Below are positions 62,149-64,000 of a stretch of 64,000 bases of DNA, piece after piece (the stretch's first letter is position 1; each line of letters starts with the position of its first letter). A program made the translations under genes and the position numbers. The stretch covers positions 25,176,848-25,240,847 of the forward strand of contig CM120643.1 of assembly GCA_051362555.1 (NCBI GenBank), written 5' to 3'. Below the pieces are notes generated by a model. The model searched no databases and had not been told where the DNA came from. It saw nothing but the letters and a program-made list of their open reading frames with translations. This DNA is from Lingula anatina. Its lineage: Eukaryota; Animalia; Brachiopoda.

Positions 62149-64000
62149 ATGGCAAGTGCAGTTGTTGTGCTTTTGATCTTGATTCTGGCAATTGTGCCAC
62201 CAGATTGCAGCGCATTGAGACAGTGTTTCATTCACTGCAGGACTCCATCTAAAAACAGTAATTCCTACTTTGTAAATGCAGACAGTTCACCAGTGTCGAC
62301 ATGGGATCACATCTGTACCATAATGTCAGCAGCGTCGAGCGGATGCAGATTGAACTCCAGTCGTATTTTCAGTTCTTTGGAATTCATTACAGAGAAATCG
62401 CTTATTGTTCTGAGGCTGCAGTGTCGTCGTCCTACCCTCGTGTTGGTCGAAGAGCAGCATCCAGTTTCCTTCAACGAGAACCTGTTATTGTACGTGCTGC
62501 TTTCATCTTGCCACATGCCATGGCGTAGCTTGTCACGGCTGGGGAAGGCGGGAGATCTCCAGGTGCTCACCGTCGACGCTCTGAGCGAGACGGAATTGGG
62601 GGAGTCTGCTTTTTACAACGACACAACATATGATGGTTTGAGTAACCTCAGCTCGCTATCACTGGAAATTCGAGATGGCGCCACCTGCCCTCTTCCCACA
62701 ATACTCACAACGTACACGTGGCCACGGCTGGCAGAGCTTTATATGAATAATATTGATGCCTCCCGCTTACCCGCTGGTTTAGACGTCCGCCTGCCGAAAT
62801 TGCAGTCTCTGACAATCAGAAATGCTCATTTCAGTGTTCCCCCTGTCTTCCCATGGGACAACGAAACATTAACTTTGCCTCGTAACCTATCCAGGGCAAC
62901 ATTTCTTCAGGGCCACGAACATAAACATTTAGACTTCCCGACGAACATATATCTTAGAAAACTGTCAATCGCACGAAACCGGCTTCCACAACTGACTGAT
63001 TTCAAGTTTCGGGGCAGCTTGCTCCGCTTGGAACTAAACGACGACGGTATTGAGGAGATAGGAGGTGGCGTCTTTTCTGAATTACACGACTTGCAATATC
63101 TTGACCTGAGTGGTAACCAGTTGAGCCATTTGCCTCCGAATTTACTGAAATCACAAGTGGCCCTCCGTGTTCTTGACTTACATGGCAATAACATCTCTAG
63201 CGTCAGTCATGAAAACTTTGAAACGCTTACTAGTTTAATAGTACTGAAGTTAAATAAAAACAATCTGGTTCAGATCAGATCAGGAACATTCAGTGGTCTC
63301 AGGCGGCTCCAATTTTTACATTTGGATCACAACAAAATACACGTCATAGAGCATGGCGCCATGCCAACAGCATCGCTTAATCTCGAGGAATTGTACCTAC
63401 AAAACAACCTTCTTCACAACATCCCAGAGTTCCTTTTTGACAATAATAATATTGAATTAGTCAATATGACTCGTAATGTGATAAATTTTAATGATTCTTC
63501 TCGTTTCTTTGATGATCTAGGGAGAATGCTTGGAATCACGTCTGAGACCCCGAAATGTGCATCATCATCTAAACGCTTTGACCTTCGATATAACGATATA
63601 TCTTCATTACCGTACAGCCTGAATTGGAACAATAGAAGTAAAAAAGCGTTGGCGTATCTTTTTAAGTGCTTTAAATTGGATATGTCCCACAATAATCTAC
63701 ACTGCGATTGCAACATTTACGAACTATATAACTTTTTGCGGGTAATACGCCAGGAAATGGATACTCTCAATGAGGACACACTGAGCACTTTGTCGTGTGA
63801 AACCCCGACAGACGTCCGAGGAACCACGTTAATAGATATGACTCCAGCTAAATTTAACTGTAAGGTGAAGGTACCCTTGTGTCCGCCGTCATGCGATTGC
63901 TACAGACAGACAATCAGTCGAGACCTTCTCGTCGACTGCTCGAACAGAAGCCTAACCGCGCTCCCAGACTTTGCGCCAAAGGGAAGACTTCAACTTGAAA
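62149..64000 (+). CDS. Toll-like receptor ectodomain, multiple-cysteine-cluster (protostome-type); 3' end beyond window
   Basis: Uninterrupted frame from ATG 62149: signal peptide MASAVVVLLILILAIV, LRRs (LQYLDLSGNQLSHL, LRVLDLHGNNI, LQFLHLDHNKI, LEELYLQNNLL), LRRCT NNLHCDC...CETP...FNC followed at once by LRRNT CPPSCDC...VDCSNRSLTALP. TM and TIR domains are not visible, so the TLR call is inferred. Confidence 0.8.
   Translation, partial: MASAVVVLLILILAIVPPDCSALRQCFIHCRTPSKNSNSYFVNADSSPVSTWDHICTIMSAASSGCRLNSSRIFSSLEFITEKSLIVLRLQCRRPTLVLVEEQHPVSFNENLLLYVLLSSCHMPWRSLSRLGKAGDLQVLTVDALSETELGESAFYNDTTYDGLSNLSSLSLEIRDGATCPLPTILTTYTWPRLAELYMNNIDASRLPAGLDVRLPKLQSLTIRNAHFSVPPVFPWDNETLTLPRNLSRATFLQGHEHKHLDFPTNIYLRKLSIARNRLPQLTDFKFRGSLLRLELNDDGIEEIGGGVFSELHDLQYLDLSGNQLSHLPPNLLKSQVALRVLDLHGNNISSVSHENFETLTSLIVLKLNKNNLVQIRSGTFSGLRRLQFLHLDHNKIHVIEHGAMPTASLNLEELYLQNNLLHNIPEFLFDNNNIELVNMTRNVINFNDSSRFFDDLGRMLGITSETPKCASSSKRFDLRYNDISSLPYSLNWNNRSKKALAYLFKCFKLDMSHNNLHCDCNIYELYNFLRVIRQEMDTLNEDTLSTLSCETPTDVRGTTLIDMTPAKFNCKVKVPLCPPSCDCYRQTISRDLLVDCSNRSLTALPDFAPKGRLQLE

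Noticed and set aside
62301-62528. 75-aa ORF as the start of the LRR gene
   Set aside because: Wrong frame; the continuous LRR frame starts at ATG 62149 with a signal peptide.

Overview
AT-rich, intron-rich animal genomic DNA. It is probably from a mollusc or other lophotrochozoan; this is inferred from the repeat families and the Toll type, not proven. From left to right: OSGIN-like oxidoreductase (+, 5 coding exons); a tandem duplication carrying two copies of an unrecognised secreted gene (signal peptide / amidation-type GKR site / EGF / 8-Cys domain) riddled with MITE, Helentron-like and RTE insertions; tRNA-Gly(TCC) (-); ARL2BP (+); PHKB (+, about 23 exon positions, with a mutually exclusive exon pair, RBFOX motifs and candidate microexons); MEAK7/TLDC1 (-); and the 5' part of a multiple-cysteine-cluster Toll-like receptor (+, runs off the window). 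MEAK7 has an intact, very young Ty3/Gypsy retrotransposon in an intron. The most striking signal is in that retrotransposon. Its LTRs end TA...TA, it has no tRNA-type (TGG) primer-binding site, and each LTR contains a 120-nt GT-AG intron. Removing that intron creates a 16-nt sequence exactly complementary to the LTR-adjacent PBS position, suggesting splicing-dependent self-priming or a splice-controlled RNA switch. All exon coordinates were read by eye from splice motifs and protein similarity recalled from memory; no database searches were run.
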